A stretch of DNA of 64,000 nt from Octopus vulgaris (Eukaryota), in the NCBI GenBank assembly GCA_951406725.2, contig OX597824.1, positions 41,602,001-41,666,000 on the forward strand, read 5' to 3'. The notes beneath the pieces were generated by a model. That model was given only the letters and a program-made list of their open reading frames with translations, did no database searches and was not told the DNA's origin. Made by a program: the position numbers and the translations under genes. Positions 42,333 through 55,481 of this stretch are shown piece by piece. Numbering within the stretch: the first letter of the stretch is position 1; each line of letters starts with the position of its first letter.

Positions 42333-43904
42333 TCAGGTGGTAAAAAGTAAGCAACGTTTTGAACCATGAAGAATTTGTACCAGATTTCTGCAGATTTTTA
42401 AATAGTTATCAACATTTTTTGCAATTATCTGATAATACAGACATAGACTTGCCCAAATGCATCAATAAATTCACCGTTGTTACAATCATCTGAAATGGAG
42501 AGGCGGCGAGCTGGCAGAAACGTTAGCACGTCGGGCGAAATGCATTGCGGTATTAAGTACCAGCTCCGCACTGGGGTCGATGTAATCGACTTCATACCTA
42601 TGTCTCTCCTTGTTTGTCCCCTCTATGTATAGCCCCTTGTGGGTAATAAAGAAATAGGTATTTCGTCTGTCTACGTTCTGAGTTCAAATTCCGCCGAGGT
42701 CGACTTTGCCTTTCATCCTTTCGGCGTCGATGAATTAGGAACCAGTTGCATACTGGGGTCGAGCTAATCGACTGGCCCCCTACCCCCAAATTTCGGGCCT
42801 TGTGCCTAGAGTAGGAAAAAATCGTCCGAAATGGAACTGTTAAAGTGCGATATTCGAGCAATTTTGCTATTCAACTTCAAAAAAGTACGTAAAGCAGCTG
42901 AAACTGCTCATGATATCAACAAAACGTTTGGTGAGGAAATGACCAGCTCGAAAATGGTTTAAACGATTTCGCAGTGGAGACCTAGGCCTCGAAGATCGTG
43001 AGCGTAGTGGACGCCCATCTGTCCTCAATGACGGTCATTGAGAAAGATCCTCATAAAACGACTTGAGAAGTGGCAAAAGAACTTCAAGTTAGCCAGAAAA
43101 CTGCTTGTAACCATTTGCATGTGATCGGAAAATTAAAAAAAAAAACGCTCGACAAGTGGGTACCACACGATTTGAATGAAAATCAGAAAATGCGCAGATA
43201 TGAAATGTGCTTGTCTCTTCTGATCCGTAACCAGACCGATCCATTACTCGACCGTATTGTAACTTGCGATGAAAAGTGGATTCTGTACAATAATAAAAAA
43301 AAACGTTCTTCACAGTAGTTGGACCAAAACGAAGTACCGAAAAGTTTCTCTAAACCCGAGCTCTTCAAAAAGAAGGTTATGGTAACTGTTTGGTGGTGTA
43401 CTGCTGGACTCACTCTCTATAACTTCTTAAAATCCGGAAAAACCATTACTTCAAAACATTTTGCCATGAAATTGTCAAAATGAATAAAAAAACTGCTACT
43501 CCTCCGTTCCAGACAGGTCAACAGAAGAGGGCCAATCATTCTTCATGACAATGCTCGACTAAACATTTCACTAATGATGTTGCAGAAATAGATGGACCTT
43601 CGCTACAAAGTCCTTCCCCACCCAGCTTATTCCTCAGACCCTACTCTCACTGGCTACCACTTTTTCAAAGCATTCTGCGAGAGAAGGAGTTCAAAGATCA
43701 AACCGATGTTGGAAGGGCGTACAAAGAGTTCATCAGTTCCAGAACTCCAGATTTTTAATATTACCAGAATAAACAAACTTGTAACTCGTTGGCTAAAAGG
43801 TGTTGATTGTCGTGATACTTTGATAAATAAAATGTCCGCATTTTTGAAATATATTGTGATGAATTTCATGTTTCAAAACGTTGCTTACGTTTTACTCAGC
43901 CTGA
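42333..43904 (+). mobile_element. Full-length decayed mariner element (second family) with a SINE insertion
   Basis: Imperfect TIRs (tcaggtggtaaaaagtaagcaacgttttgaa / ttcaaaacgttgcttacgttttactcagcctga) with TA flanks. Motifs WVPHDL, IVTCDEKW, LHDNAR and HPAYSSD; multiple frameshifts. Confidence 0.95.
42500..42819 (+). mobile_element. Composite SINE family A inserted at the mariner start codon
   Basis: 16-bp TSD aatc(a/g)tc(t/c)gaaatgga at 42484-42499 and 42820-42835. Confidence 0.85.
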
Positions 43905-44402
43905 TATAATTCAATTTTGCACGTTCAGTAGTTTGTCCTGGTTACAGAATTTAAACAGATTTTTATTGCCCTTGTGGTAAATAAAGAAAGACGTATTTTC
44001 GTTTTATCATTTTTATACCTACTTTTGTTATTGTTTTTCCTGATGCCGTGAGCTAATGTTCGGTCCAGTAGCTGTCTGCCATTTTGTGTTTTTGTTTTTT
44101 TTTAATCACCAGATATTATCGTAATGTCCAGTTAATGACTGTCACGCGATAGTCTAGTTTTAATATCCATTTACCGAAACAAGTATCTATGTACCTACAT
44201 AAACGTCTCTAAGAGTAAATTAGCATGAGGTTCTGCGTGTGTGTGTGTGCGTGTATACTCTCTCACACACGCATATAACATGTTCGTGCGTGTGTTTGTG
44301 TGCTTCTGTGCGTGAATGAGAGGTATTTATAAAAACGAATCATGTTCGAATATTTATTTTTGTGAATGTATATAGACAAGCATATATTTGTTTCACACAC
44401 AC

Positions 44403-44513
<111 letters not shown>

Positions 44514-44771
44514 CATATACATGCATGTATTTGTGTTTCTTACACACACATATATGTATATATCTATGTGTGCCTATATGCTTGCCTGCATGTATGCATG
44601 TATGCTTGTATGTATATATGTATATATGCATGTTTCCATGCATGTATACATACATACGTACATGCATGCATACATCATATATAAATAGAATTACGAGTTA
44701 ATGTAGTTATTGGTAATATTTGCTAAATACAGGTAACGTAATGTTTCTAAACAAAGACGTTTACATAAATG

Positions 44772-44814
<43 letters not shown>

Positions 44815-45929
44815 TTCGACATCTGATGCGTGACACACCGTGCACCTGTACAAGCAATGTTGATGTGATGGAGATAGTGAGCTATTTTGTACATACATAC
44901 ATTTGGTCACGATAAACAAACCATTAATACAGGTTGCTCAGCAAAAAATTGCAGAAACCTCACCTGTCCGCAATAGGTGGGTCCACCGTTTGTTATGTTT
45001 GTGAAGAACTCCGAATGCGTGCAAAATGGAACAAACGGGGCTGGTTCGCGATGAAGACTCTCCTAACTTTGCCAAGAAATGTCGTCGTCGGCATTAACTC
45101 GTACCCGAGTAGTTAATCTGTAGCGAATAACTGAGCTTCTTCATGCTGATGGATACGAAGGTAACCGGTGCTTGGGGCGGCTGTTCAGGCCAAGCGTGGT
45201 GTAGATATGTGTTGAGAGATGTATTAATGCAGTTTTGTATATATTAGTCATATGACCATTTGCTGCTATTTCACATCATCTCATAGAAGAGTCAAAACTG
45301 GAAAAAAATATATAACTGAAACAAAAACACACAAGCAAAAAAAAAAACACAGAGAAAATTATAATGCAATTATCTTAATTTCCATGATTAAATATACAAC
45401 GGGGGCGGTATTTTATTTTAATATATTTCGTTTGTGAAAATGTGTTAAACTGGCAGACTATAAAATGTCTTTACAGAATTAATATTTAAAACGTTTTCCT
45501 TCCTGTTTCTCTTAAACTTGGAGCATTTTGTTTAACATTTATATGTTTTAAAATCAAATTTGTAGAATCGATTTATTTCTGATGATCCAAACGAGTTTGA
45601 AAATCTTTAAAATAGCGGTACATTTATTTTATCATTACCTTCTAATTGAGTTATTAATTTATGAAAATTATTTAAAATAGAAAAATAGATTTGCGTGGTT
45701 GCAGACCGACAGCAATTTGCATTGCACAGACAGAATGCCCACCCCAGCCATACACAAATTCTTGCCAGTTAATATAGCGAAGTCATTCTCCATTATTCAA
45801 ACTCCTATTAAATAATCGTGAACATACTTTCTCGAAACTTATGGTATCAGGCTATAAAATTCTATCTAAAAAAATTATTCATCCACCCATACGGCGTTGA
45901 GAACTGATTCTATCATTTCCTCACTACCC

Positions 45930-46530
45930 GTATGTATATATGTATGTATGTATGTATGCATGTATGTATGTATGTATGTATGTATGTATGTATGTATGTA
46001 TGTATGTATGTATGTATGTATGCATGTATGTATGCATGTATGTATGCATGTATGCATGTATGTATGCATGTATGCATGTATGTATGCATGTATGCATGTA
46101 TGTATGCATGTATGTATGTATGTATGCATGTATGTATTATGCATATATGTATGTATGTATGTATGCATGCATGTATGTATGTATGTATGTATGTATGTAT
46201 GTATGTATGTATGTATGCATGTATGCATCTATGTATGCATGTATGTATTATGTATCTATGTATGTATGCATGTATGCATGTATGCATGTATGCATGTATG
46301 TATGCATGTATGTATGTATGCATGTATGTATTATGTATGCATGTATATATGTATGTATGTTTGTATGTATGTATGTATGCATGTATGAGTGTGTGTATGC
46401 ATGTATGTATGTATATATGTATGCATGCATGCATGTATGTAAGTATGTATGTTTGTATGCATGTATGCATGTATACATGTATGTATGTATGTATGTATGT
46501 ATGTATGTGTGTATGTGTGTATGTATGTAC
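45930..46530. repeat. (TATG/CATG)n mixed tetranucleotide array
   Basis: Directly visible. Confidence 0.95.
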
Positions 46531-47144
46531 AAACGCTGATGTGGTGTGTCATTTAAAATATGTTTGAAACTTTACCAAATTATTGTTCGCAAAAAGATAA
46601 AAAGACCGTTTCGGTTGTTATAAAATGTGCTCTCATACTTAATTATTATTATTTTTATATATATCGAACCTTTTATGTGAGGAAATACGTCCATTGATTC
46701 ATGTTGTGCTTTGTGTATAAAGTTGTTAAGCTATGTGTCTCAACATACCTGACAAGGAAAATGAAATAAAACAACGTGCTATACACAACTCAACGTTGTT
46801 ACAATATGCAACACAATAGAAACTAAACTAAAGCGATCTACGTCACACTATGTTATAGAACACGAACTACACAAAGGCAACAGGCCATATTACAATACCT
46901 TACGGCTGGACACGGCACCCTATGCAGTGCAAGGCTTCTATACAAGACTAAACAACCGCAACAAGTCACAGTATGCAGTACATCATATCACAACATAAAT
47001 AGAATACGTTTGACAAAAAAAAAAAGCGAATGAAACAAAACAAAAATCTATTAATCAACAACACACTATCGTCTACAGAAGGCCTCGAGACATAAATTAA
47101 TATTACCATCCAAACCATTCTCATACAATATAATATAATAAATA

Positions 47145-47175
<31 letters not shown>

Positions 47176-47176
47176 C

Positions 47177-47353
47177 ATTTGAAGAAATGAACAGGAACGG
47201 GTTTTCTGATAATTATTCTTATTTTAATAATTAGATGTATATAAATCATTCAATGTTCACAATTCGTTTTATATAAACAGTCTGATTTATAAACATCTAA
47301 TTATACATAACGGAAAATTATCAGAAAAGCCATTCTTATTCCTTTCTTCAAAT
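47177..47353. repeat. Diverged foldback inverted repeat (about 70-bp arms)
   Basis: atttgaagaaa...ttttctgataatt...ataattagatgtatataaatca / tgatttataaacatctaattat...aattatcagaaaa...tttcttcaaat. Confidence 0.85.
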
Positions 47354-47405
47354 ACATAATACTGTAACAAAGACTTTCTATTTCTAATTCCACTATAAAT
47401 AAATA

Positions 47406-47657
<252 letters not shown>

Positions 47658-47673
47658 CTTATATATATATATA

Positions 47674-47733
47674 TATAATTAAAATAAGCAACAAGGATAT
47701 CCAAAGGTATCCTTGTTGCTTATTTTGATTATA
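47674..47733. repeat. Hairpin with a 26-bp stem abutting (TA)n
   Basis: tataattaaaataagcaacaaggata-tccaaagg-tatccttgttgcttattttgattata. Confidence 0.9.
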
Positions 47734-47810
47734 ATCACTCCATTTGAATTATATGAATAATACCATACCAAATTCTGGTGCCTTTAACTAAAGTACCATA
47801 TCCATCCACC

Positions 47811-47909
<99 letters not shown>

Positions 47910-48434
47910 CTGCATGTTGGCTTTATGTGGTGAATTCTACAGTTGAACATTTGTTTTTTCTCTACCCGTATTTTCGTTGCCTAAAACTCTGAATTTCTCG
48001 AAATTTTTCTAAATGATATTTGGATCTCTTTGTCATTCATGAAGAACTACAGAATATTAGTCAATGAAAATACTGATACATTTTCAATTGCTGAGTTCAC
48101 CATACAAACCCAATAGTTGTTTCTATTGTATTCACATATTTGGATATAGAAAATATCATTGAAATTCATATTTCTGAAAATACGTTAACTAGCCGGCCAT
48201 CCATCCATCCAGCCAGCCAGCCAGTTAGCCAGCCAGCAAACTAGCAAGCCAGCCAGCTATTCAGCTACTCGACATTCATGACCATAGGTGAGAATAAGTA
48301 CGAAGACTTCTCCTCTTTCGAGGATCCACTGTTGAAGCTGGAATATTTACTTCACCAGAACCTGCAATTTTACCGCTCAATCAAGCCTCCCGCCTTCTAT
48401 TACACATTTGTCAGTGATGTTCCACTAACTCTCT

Positions 48435-48870
48435 CTTTTACTCTTTTACTTGTTTCAATCATTTGACTGCTGCCATGCTGGAACACTGCCTTTAGTCGAG
48501 CAACTCGACCCCAGGACTTATTCTTTGGAAGCCTAGTACTTATTTTATCGGCCTCTTTTGCTGAACCGCTAATTTACGGGCACGTAAACACACCAGCACT
48601 GGTTGTCAAGAGATGTTGGGGGGGGGGGGGGTACAAACGCAGACACTCAAACATATACACTTACATGCATATATATATATATATATATATATAAACACAC
48701 ATATATACGACGGGCTTCTTTCAGTTTCCGTCAAACAAATCCACTCACAAGGCTTTGGTCGTCCAGAGGCTATTGTAGAATACACTTTCCCAAGGTGCCA
48801 CGCAGTGGGACTGAACCCAGAAACATGTGGTTGGTAAGCAAGCTACTTACCACACAGTTACTCCTGCGCC
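48435..48870 (-). mobile_element. SINE family B, full length
   Basis: Complete head, core and tail. Confidence 0.9.
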
Positions 48871-48904
48871 TTATGTAAAAAAAAGTTTAAAGTTTTCAGT
48901 ACGC

Positions 48905-49100
48905 TGATAGAATTGTTGTTAGCACACCGGGCAAAATGCTTAGCTGCATTTGGTCCGTCATTACGTTCTAAGTTCAAATCCTTCCGAAGGTGACTTTGCC
49001 TTACATCCTTTTTAGGGTCGATAAAGCAAGTACCAGTCAATGTTAATCGACTTACCCCTTCCCCAAAACTGCTGGTCTTGTGCCAAAGTTTGAAACGCTT
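48905..49100 (+). mobile_element. SINE family A (short tail), degenerate
   Basis: Consensus motifs. Confidence 0.75.
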
Positions 49101-49489
49101 ATTTATACATAGCTTTGTCACTACACTCTACTGTTTGGAGACATTGTTATGAGTACAACACACGCACACGCGCGCACACACACACACACACACTCACACA
49201 TGCACGCACACACACGCACACACATAATAGTGTGTTCGCCATAATTGTAGACGGCCGCCAACAGAATCAACAAGCAGACGACACTTAAGTTGACTTTATA
49301 TGTTCTTAACCTGGCAGCTGCAGTTTGGCTGTTTAGTTATTCCTCCTACTGTTACCATCTTTTCTTCTATATCATCCACTCCCTACCTATTGTCTCTGCT
49401 TTATTTCTTATCTTTCCTCATTTACAATTCCGTATTGCTTCACTCTCTCTCACCCTTCCTTTCTCTATCAGTCTATCAGACGCAGTCTC

Positions 49490-49520
<31 letters not shown>

Positions 49521-50200
49521 GAGTCACAATTTCTTAATCGTTTATTTTTTATATTTTTCAAGATATTTTCTTTTTCCCCCACTTCTCCCATATACAAACA
49601 TACATACATACATACGCGTGTGTGTGTTTGTGTGTACGTATGTATTTACACATGTATGCATATATGTAGGTATGTATGTGTGTATGTATTTACGTATGTG
49701 TGTATATATGCAGGTATGTATGTGTGTATCTATGTGCTCGCTGGCATACAGTAATAATGCAGAGACGCTAGTAATCAGTTGATTTCTCTCTCTTTCTATC
49801 TCTCTTCCTCTCTGTCCCCTTCTCTCCCCCCCTCTCTCTCACCCTTATTTTCAATTGCATTTTTTTCATTCTTAGTAAACATTAAACTAGTTCCACGACT
49901 TTGAAATTCCCGCTTTCCTCTCCCACTTTGCTTCTCAATTAGGAAAGCAGTGGCATAATACCGAGTACTATGCCATTGGATTCAATTCTGTCATACTTCT
50001 AGCAATTTCTTTCTGCTGTTTTTTTCTTCAAATTATATATTATTTTTCTTTGTATGGCTTTTTTGAAACACCTACATAGGTGGGTATTCTATCAATTATG
50101 ACTTCTATAACAAAATCTATAGCTTTGTCTCTATGGTACTACATATCAGCATCAGCATCAGCATCACCATCACTATCACCATCATCATCATCATCATCTC

Positions 50201-50297
<97 letters not shown>

Positions 50298-50299
50298 GA

Positions 50300-50675
50300 G
50301 GCGGCGAGCTGGCAGAAACGTTAGCACGTTGGGCGAAATGCGTAGCTGTATTTCGTCTGCCGTTACGTTCTGAGCTCAAATTCCGCCGAGGTCGACTTTG
50401 CCTTTCATTCTTTCGGGGTCGATAAATTAAGTACCAGTTGCGCACTGGGATCGATATAATCGACTTAATCAGTCTGTCTGTCATTTTTTGTCCCCTCTAT
50501 GTTTAGCCCCTCGTGGGCAATAAAGAAATAAGAATCGTTAGCACACTGGACGAAATGCTTAGCGGTATTTCGCCCGTGGCTATGTTCTGAATTCAAATTC
50601 CGCCGAGGTTGATTTTGCATTTCATCCTTTCGGGGTCGATAAATTAAGTTAAGTACCAGTTGCGTTCTGGGGTCG
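50300..50675 (+). mobile_element. SINE family A dimer following (ATT)n
   Basis: Long-tail unit, then aaagaaata|agaatcgttagca begins the second unit. Confidence 0.9.
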
Positions 50676-51547
50676 AACGAAATGGTGATTGTGGTGGATA
50701 TTCTCGTTGTTGTTGTTATTTAGCTCAGATCAATTCTAACCCAGCAAACTTTTGATCAAAACGTTTCAAGACATGGCTTATTTTAAGGACTATATTATTT
50801 AGGACTATATTATTTCGGGAGTTATTTTTTTGCTCCTTACCTCAGATGGTACTTTGTGATTTTAGGGCATCTGGGTGATATTCATAACAAGTCGGATTAG
50901 CACATAGAGGCTTTTATAAAAGCTCGTGTCGTCGTCACCGTCTGAGTGGGTTGTAATCAAGCAGACGTATTCCAGAAGTATTCCAGCTGTGACCATCTCG
51001 TCTTATTAGGGGCTTCTTCGTTGAATGATGGAAATGATGATAGTAATGGTTGTTGTTGTTGTTGCTGGTATTTAATTATAGGTCACTCCTGATCAAGCAA
51101 ACATATCACTGGAATTCCAGCTGTGACCATCACATTTTCTCTTGTGTACAAGGAATCTGAGACTACATTATCTAATGTTTTCGTATTTTTTTTTTGTTTT
51201 TCATTTAGACAGAAGCGTGCTGAAATGTAAGGGAGATTAGGCTGCTATTTCTAGTAAGTCCGAAGACTGCGTCGAGACCCTCTGTTTCATCGGATCGAGG
51301 TTCTCTCATTGGAGACGGTAAGAGATATCAGTGGTGACGGTGGTGATGGTGGTGGTAGCGGTGGTGATGATGATGATGATAGTGTTGGGTGGAGTTGAAT
51401 TCACCGTTTTTTTCTCATATTTTCTACTTTTCTCTTTTTCTTTGCCCCCACCATCTCCATCTCATCCATCCATCCATCCACTCAACACCCCTTCCCTCCA
51501 ACCGATTTACTAATACCACCACCACCAGCACCACCACCACCACCATC

Positions 51548-51581
<34 letters not shown>

Positions 51582-52065
51582 ACAACAACAACGATCCATA
51601 TCACAGCCAGCCACCAATCCACTTTCTTTCACACTAGTGTTCATATCACTCTTCCTCTTCGTGTGTACATGACGTCACACACACACACACACACATAAAC
51701 ACATTCTCACATCCCCCACCACTCTCTCTCTATGTCTCCCTCTCTCTCACTCTCGCTCTTTCTTTCTCTCAAACCACTTCCATCACGGGACACTCTTCAG
51801 TTCCTTTATACACACTCACCTCTAACGTACCTTCACTAGAAAAAGAAAGCTTACTCATAGAAATGCAAAGGCAACGCTAAACTCTCCCTCTCTCCCTCTC
51901 TCCTCTCCCCTCTTCCTTAACCCCCTACCCCCGCCATCCATCCCTCCGACCCTGTCATTATTGCTGATGTTGTCCACGCGTCAGTTTACCCCTCTCTCCC
52001 CCCACATTACGCTTCCATACACTTTCCCACCCCTGAACACACGCACACAGCACTCGCATCACACA

Positions 52066-52170
<105 letters not shown>

Positions 52171-52454
52171 AAACACATACGCATACAATGCATACTAAGA
52201 TCAGAAAGACAGCCCAACTAAACTTGTGAGAGATAGAAAGACAGAAAGGAAGAGAGTGAGTGAGAGAGAGTGAGAAAGGGGAGAGGGACGGAAAGAAAGG
52301 GAGCAGACGGCTTGCGTTACTACTAGACTTCAGTAGTATTGCCTCTTTGTGTCTCTTTGTGGCTTTGTTTGGTTGGTTTTTCATTTTATGTATGTATATA
52401 TATATACGTATGTGAGTAAATATTTGTCTGTACGTGCGTATGTATGCATGTAAT

Positions 52455-52518
52455 TATGTATGTATGTGTGTATGTATGTATGTATGTATGTATGTATGTA
52501 TGTATGTATGTATGTATG

Positions 52519-52552
<34 letters not shown>

Positions 52553-52672
52553 TGTATGTATGTATGTATGTATGTATGAATGAACGTAATGCATGTATGT
52601 AATGTATGTTTGTATGTTTGAATGTCTGTCTGTATGTATGAATATATGAATGTAAGTATGTATGTATGTATG

Positions 52673-52706
<34 letters not shown>

Positions 52707-52823
52707 TGTATGTATGTATGTATGTATACATGTATGTATGTATGTATGTATGTATGTATGAATGAACGTAATGCATGTATGTAATGTATGTTTGTATGTT
52801 TGAATGTCTGTCTGTATGTATGA

Positions 52824-52854
<31 letters not shown>

Positions 52855-53331
52855 TGTATGTATGTATGTATGTATGTATGTATGTATGTATGTATGTATG
52901 TATGTATGTATGTATGTATGAACGTAATGCATGTATGTAATGTATGTTTGTATGTTTGAATGTTTGTCTGTATGTATGAATATATGAATGTAAGTATGTA
53001 TGTATGTATGTATGTATGTATGTATGTATGTATGTATGTATGTATGTATGAACGTAATGCATGTATGTAATGTATGTTTGTATGTTTGAATGTCTGTCTG
53101 TATGTATGAATATATGAATGTATGTATGTATGTATGTATGTATGTATGTATGTATGTATGTATGTATGTATGTATGAATGCAAGTATGTATGTATGAAAA
53201 TATCATGTATGTATGAATGTATGCATGTATGTATGTATGTATGTATGTATGTATGTATGTATGTATGTATGTATGTATGTATGTATGTATGAATGTATGT
53301 ATGTATGTATGTATGTATGTATGTATGTATG

Positions 53332-53362
<31 letters not shown>

Positions 53363-53450
53363 GTATATATGTATGTATGTATGTATATATGTATGTATGT
53401 ATGAATGTATGTATGTATGTATGTATGTATGTATGTATGTATGTATGTAT
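52455..53450. repeat. (TATG)n array with four higher-order units
   Basis: gaacgtaatgcatgtatgtaatgtatgtttgtatgtttgaatgtctgtctg at about 52582, 52764, 52920 and 53050. Confidence 0.95.
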
Positions 53451-53730
53451 GTTAGCCCTTCTTTATATATATTTGCATTTTCCTGTCAAGAAAAAACGAA
53501 AAAGAAGCTGTTTTTTTAAACAAAGAAACAAAGCCTGATTGCTGGAATTTGAATAACAGTGACTAAAGAGTAATAACATGTTGAACTTATGAAAAGAAGG
53601 CTTGTAAATTTTTACTGTTCAGCATAAGGATTTGCAAAGTGTGTGTTAGTGGCTGATTTCTTTGCCCGAAACAACAAATTTTCTCAAGATTACCACGCAT
53701 TTACTAACATAACTAAATGTAAAAATTATA

Positions 53731-54149
53731 GGCGCAGGAGTGGCTGTTTGGTAAGTAGCTTGCTAACCAACCACATGGTTGCGGGTTCAGTCCCACTGCG
53801 TGGCATCTTGGGCAAGTGTCTTCTGCTATAGCCCCGGGCCGACCAATGCCTTGTGAGTGGATTTGGTAGATGGAAACTGAAAGAAGCCTGTCGTATATAT
53901 GAATATATATGTGTGTGTGTGTGTGTGTGTGTTTGTGTGTCTGTGTTTGTCCCCCTAGCATTGCTTGACAACCGATGCTGGTGTGTTTACGTCCCCGTAA
54001 CCTAGCGGTTCGGCAAAAGAGACCGATAGAATAAGTACTGGGCTTACAAAGAATAAGTCCCGGGGTCGATTTGCTCGACTAAAGGCGGTGCTCCAGCATG
54101 GCCGCAGTCAAATGACTGAAACAAGTAAAAGAGTAAAGAGTAAAGAGTA
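53731..54149 (+). mobile_element. SINE family B, full length (reference copy)
   Basis: tRNA-like head (gtggctgtttggtaag A box, gggttcagtcc B box), core, internal (TA)/(TG), tail ending (gtaaaga)n. Confidence 0.95.
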
Positions 54150-54466
54150 TAAGGATATATCAGTGAGCTTGAGAGAGAAGCTGTAATCTTTGTAGAAATT
54201 TTCAGTTGTTTTTCTCACAGGTTTTGTAAGAAATAAATATTTTCATGGGCGCAAGTGTGGCGGTGTGGTAAAAGGTTTGCTTTCCAACCCCATTAGTGCC
54301 ATGTTCGATCCGACTGAGTGGCATCTTAGCTGGATGTCTTCTATTTATATAGCGCCAGTCCGACCAAAGCCATGTGAAAAATCCTGCTACACAAAGAGAA
54401 AAAAAAACAACGCGAGGACGTAGAACAAGTTATTGGACGCTCAGGAAAAGAAGGAAAGAAGGAAGA

Positions 54467-54499
54467 TTTAGAGTTTCGAGTGGAGCTCTTCATCAGAAA
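54467..54499 (-). ncRNA. Ultra-minimal hammerhead motif with damaged cleavage triplet
   Basis: Minus strand ttt-CTGATGA-A-GAGC-TCC-ACTC-GAAAC-TCT-aaa. Confidence 0.5.
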
Positions 54500-54569
54500 C
54501 ATAGAAAAAGGAAAGATCCAAGGAAGGGAGGACAGAGGGAAAATGTCTCCAACGATACACACGCGGTCG

Positions 54570-55270
54570 TCTTTCTGTTTATCGGTCCCGAAGGCTGAAA
54601 GGCAAATTCGATTTCTGCAGAATTTGTGCATAACGATAGACGAAATGCCGCTAAGCATTTCGCCCGGCGTCCTTTTCCACTAAAAGCACAAGGCCTGAAA
54701 TTTGGTGGGTGGGGACTAGTCATTTACATTGAATTGACCCTAGTGTGTCAGTAGTACTTAATTTATCGACCCCAAAAGGCTGAAAGGCAAAGTCAACCTC
54801 GGCGGAATTTGAACTCAGAACGTGAAAATGGACGCAATGATGCTAAGCATTTTGTACGGTTTGCTAACGATTCTACCAGTTCACCGCCTTAAAAGTAATA
54901 ATGATAATCCTTTCTACTATAGGCACAAGTCCTGAAATTTTTGGAATAGGTGAAAGGTAAAGTCGAACTTGGTGGAATTTGAACGTGGAAACGGACGAAA
55001 TGCTGCTAAGCATTTTGCCCGGTGTGCTAACGTTTCTTCCAGCTCAATAATAACACTAGGAAAAGCGTTTGGACGGAACTGGCAGAATCGTTAAAACACC
55101 TGACAAAATGATTATCGGCATTTCGTCCGTATTTGCGTTCTGAGTCCAAATTCGTCCGAAGTCGACTTCGCCTTCTATGCTTTCCGGGTCGATAAAATAA
55201 GTACTAGTTAAACTCTGGGGTCGATGTAATCAACTTATTCTCTCTACCGAAATTGCTAGCCTTGTGCCAA
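54570..55270. mobile_element. Cluster of four SINE family A copies (three minus, one plus)
   Basis: Repeated consensus motifs. Confidence 0.85.
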
Positions 55271-55481
55271 AATCTATGTCAATATCTAAGGGGTATTCCA
55301 AATGTTTGCGCCACTAGTGGGAGAAGAAATGCATTGTGGGATATTATCATGTGAGAGGAAAACTCCAACTGCCATATTTTATACAAAATCTGCTACAATA
55401 TTCATAGCATGCTTTGTAATATATATTTTCATCACCTTCGCATTTGTAGTACTCGTGCATAAAAGCGGAAAAAGGGAAATC

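Noticed and set aside
45574-45614. CTGATGA...GAAA with tattt/aaata flanks resembling a hammerhead
   Set aside because: The stems are A/T-only, stem II is misregistered and stem III lacks the C-G pair; plausible by chance in AT-rich DNA.
51670-51677. Perfect CRE site TGACGTCA
   Set aside because: A single 8-mer is expected by chance in 64 kb, and there is no other promoter evidence.
52455-53200. Repeat-spacer pattern resembling a CRISPR array (also 4196-4557)
   Set aside because: The spacers are pure (TATG)n or absent, the context is eukaryotic, and there are no cas genes.
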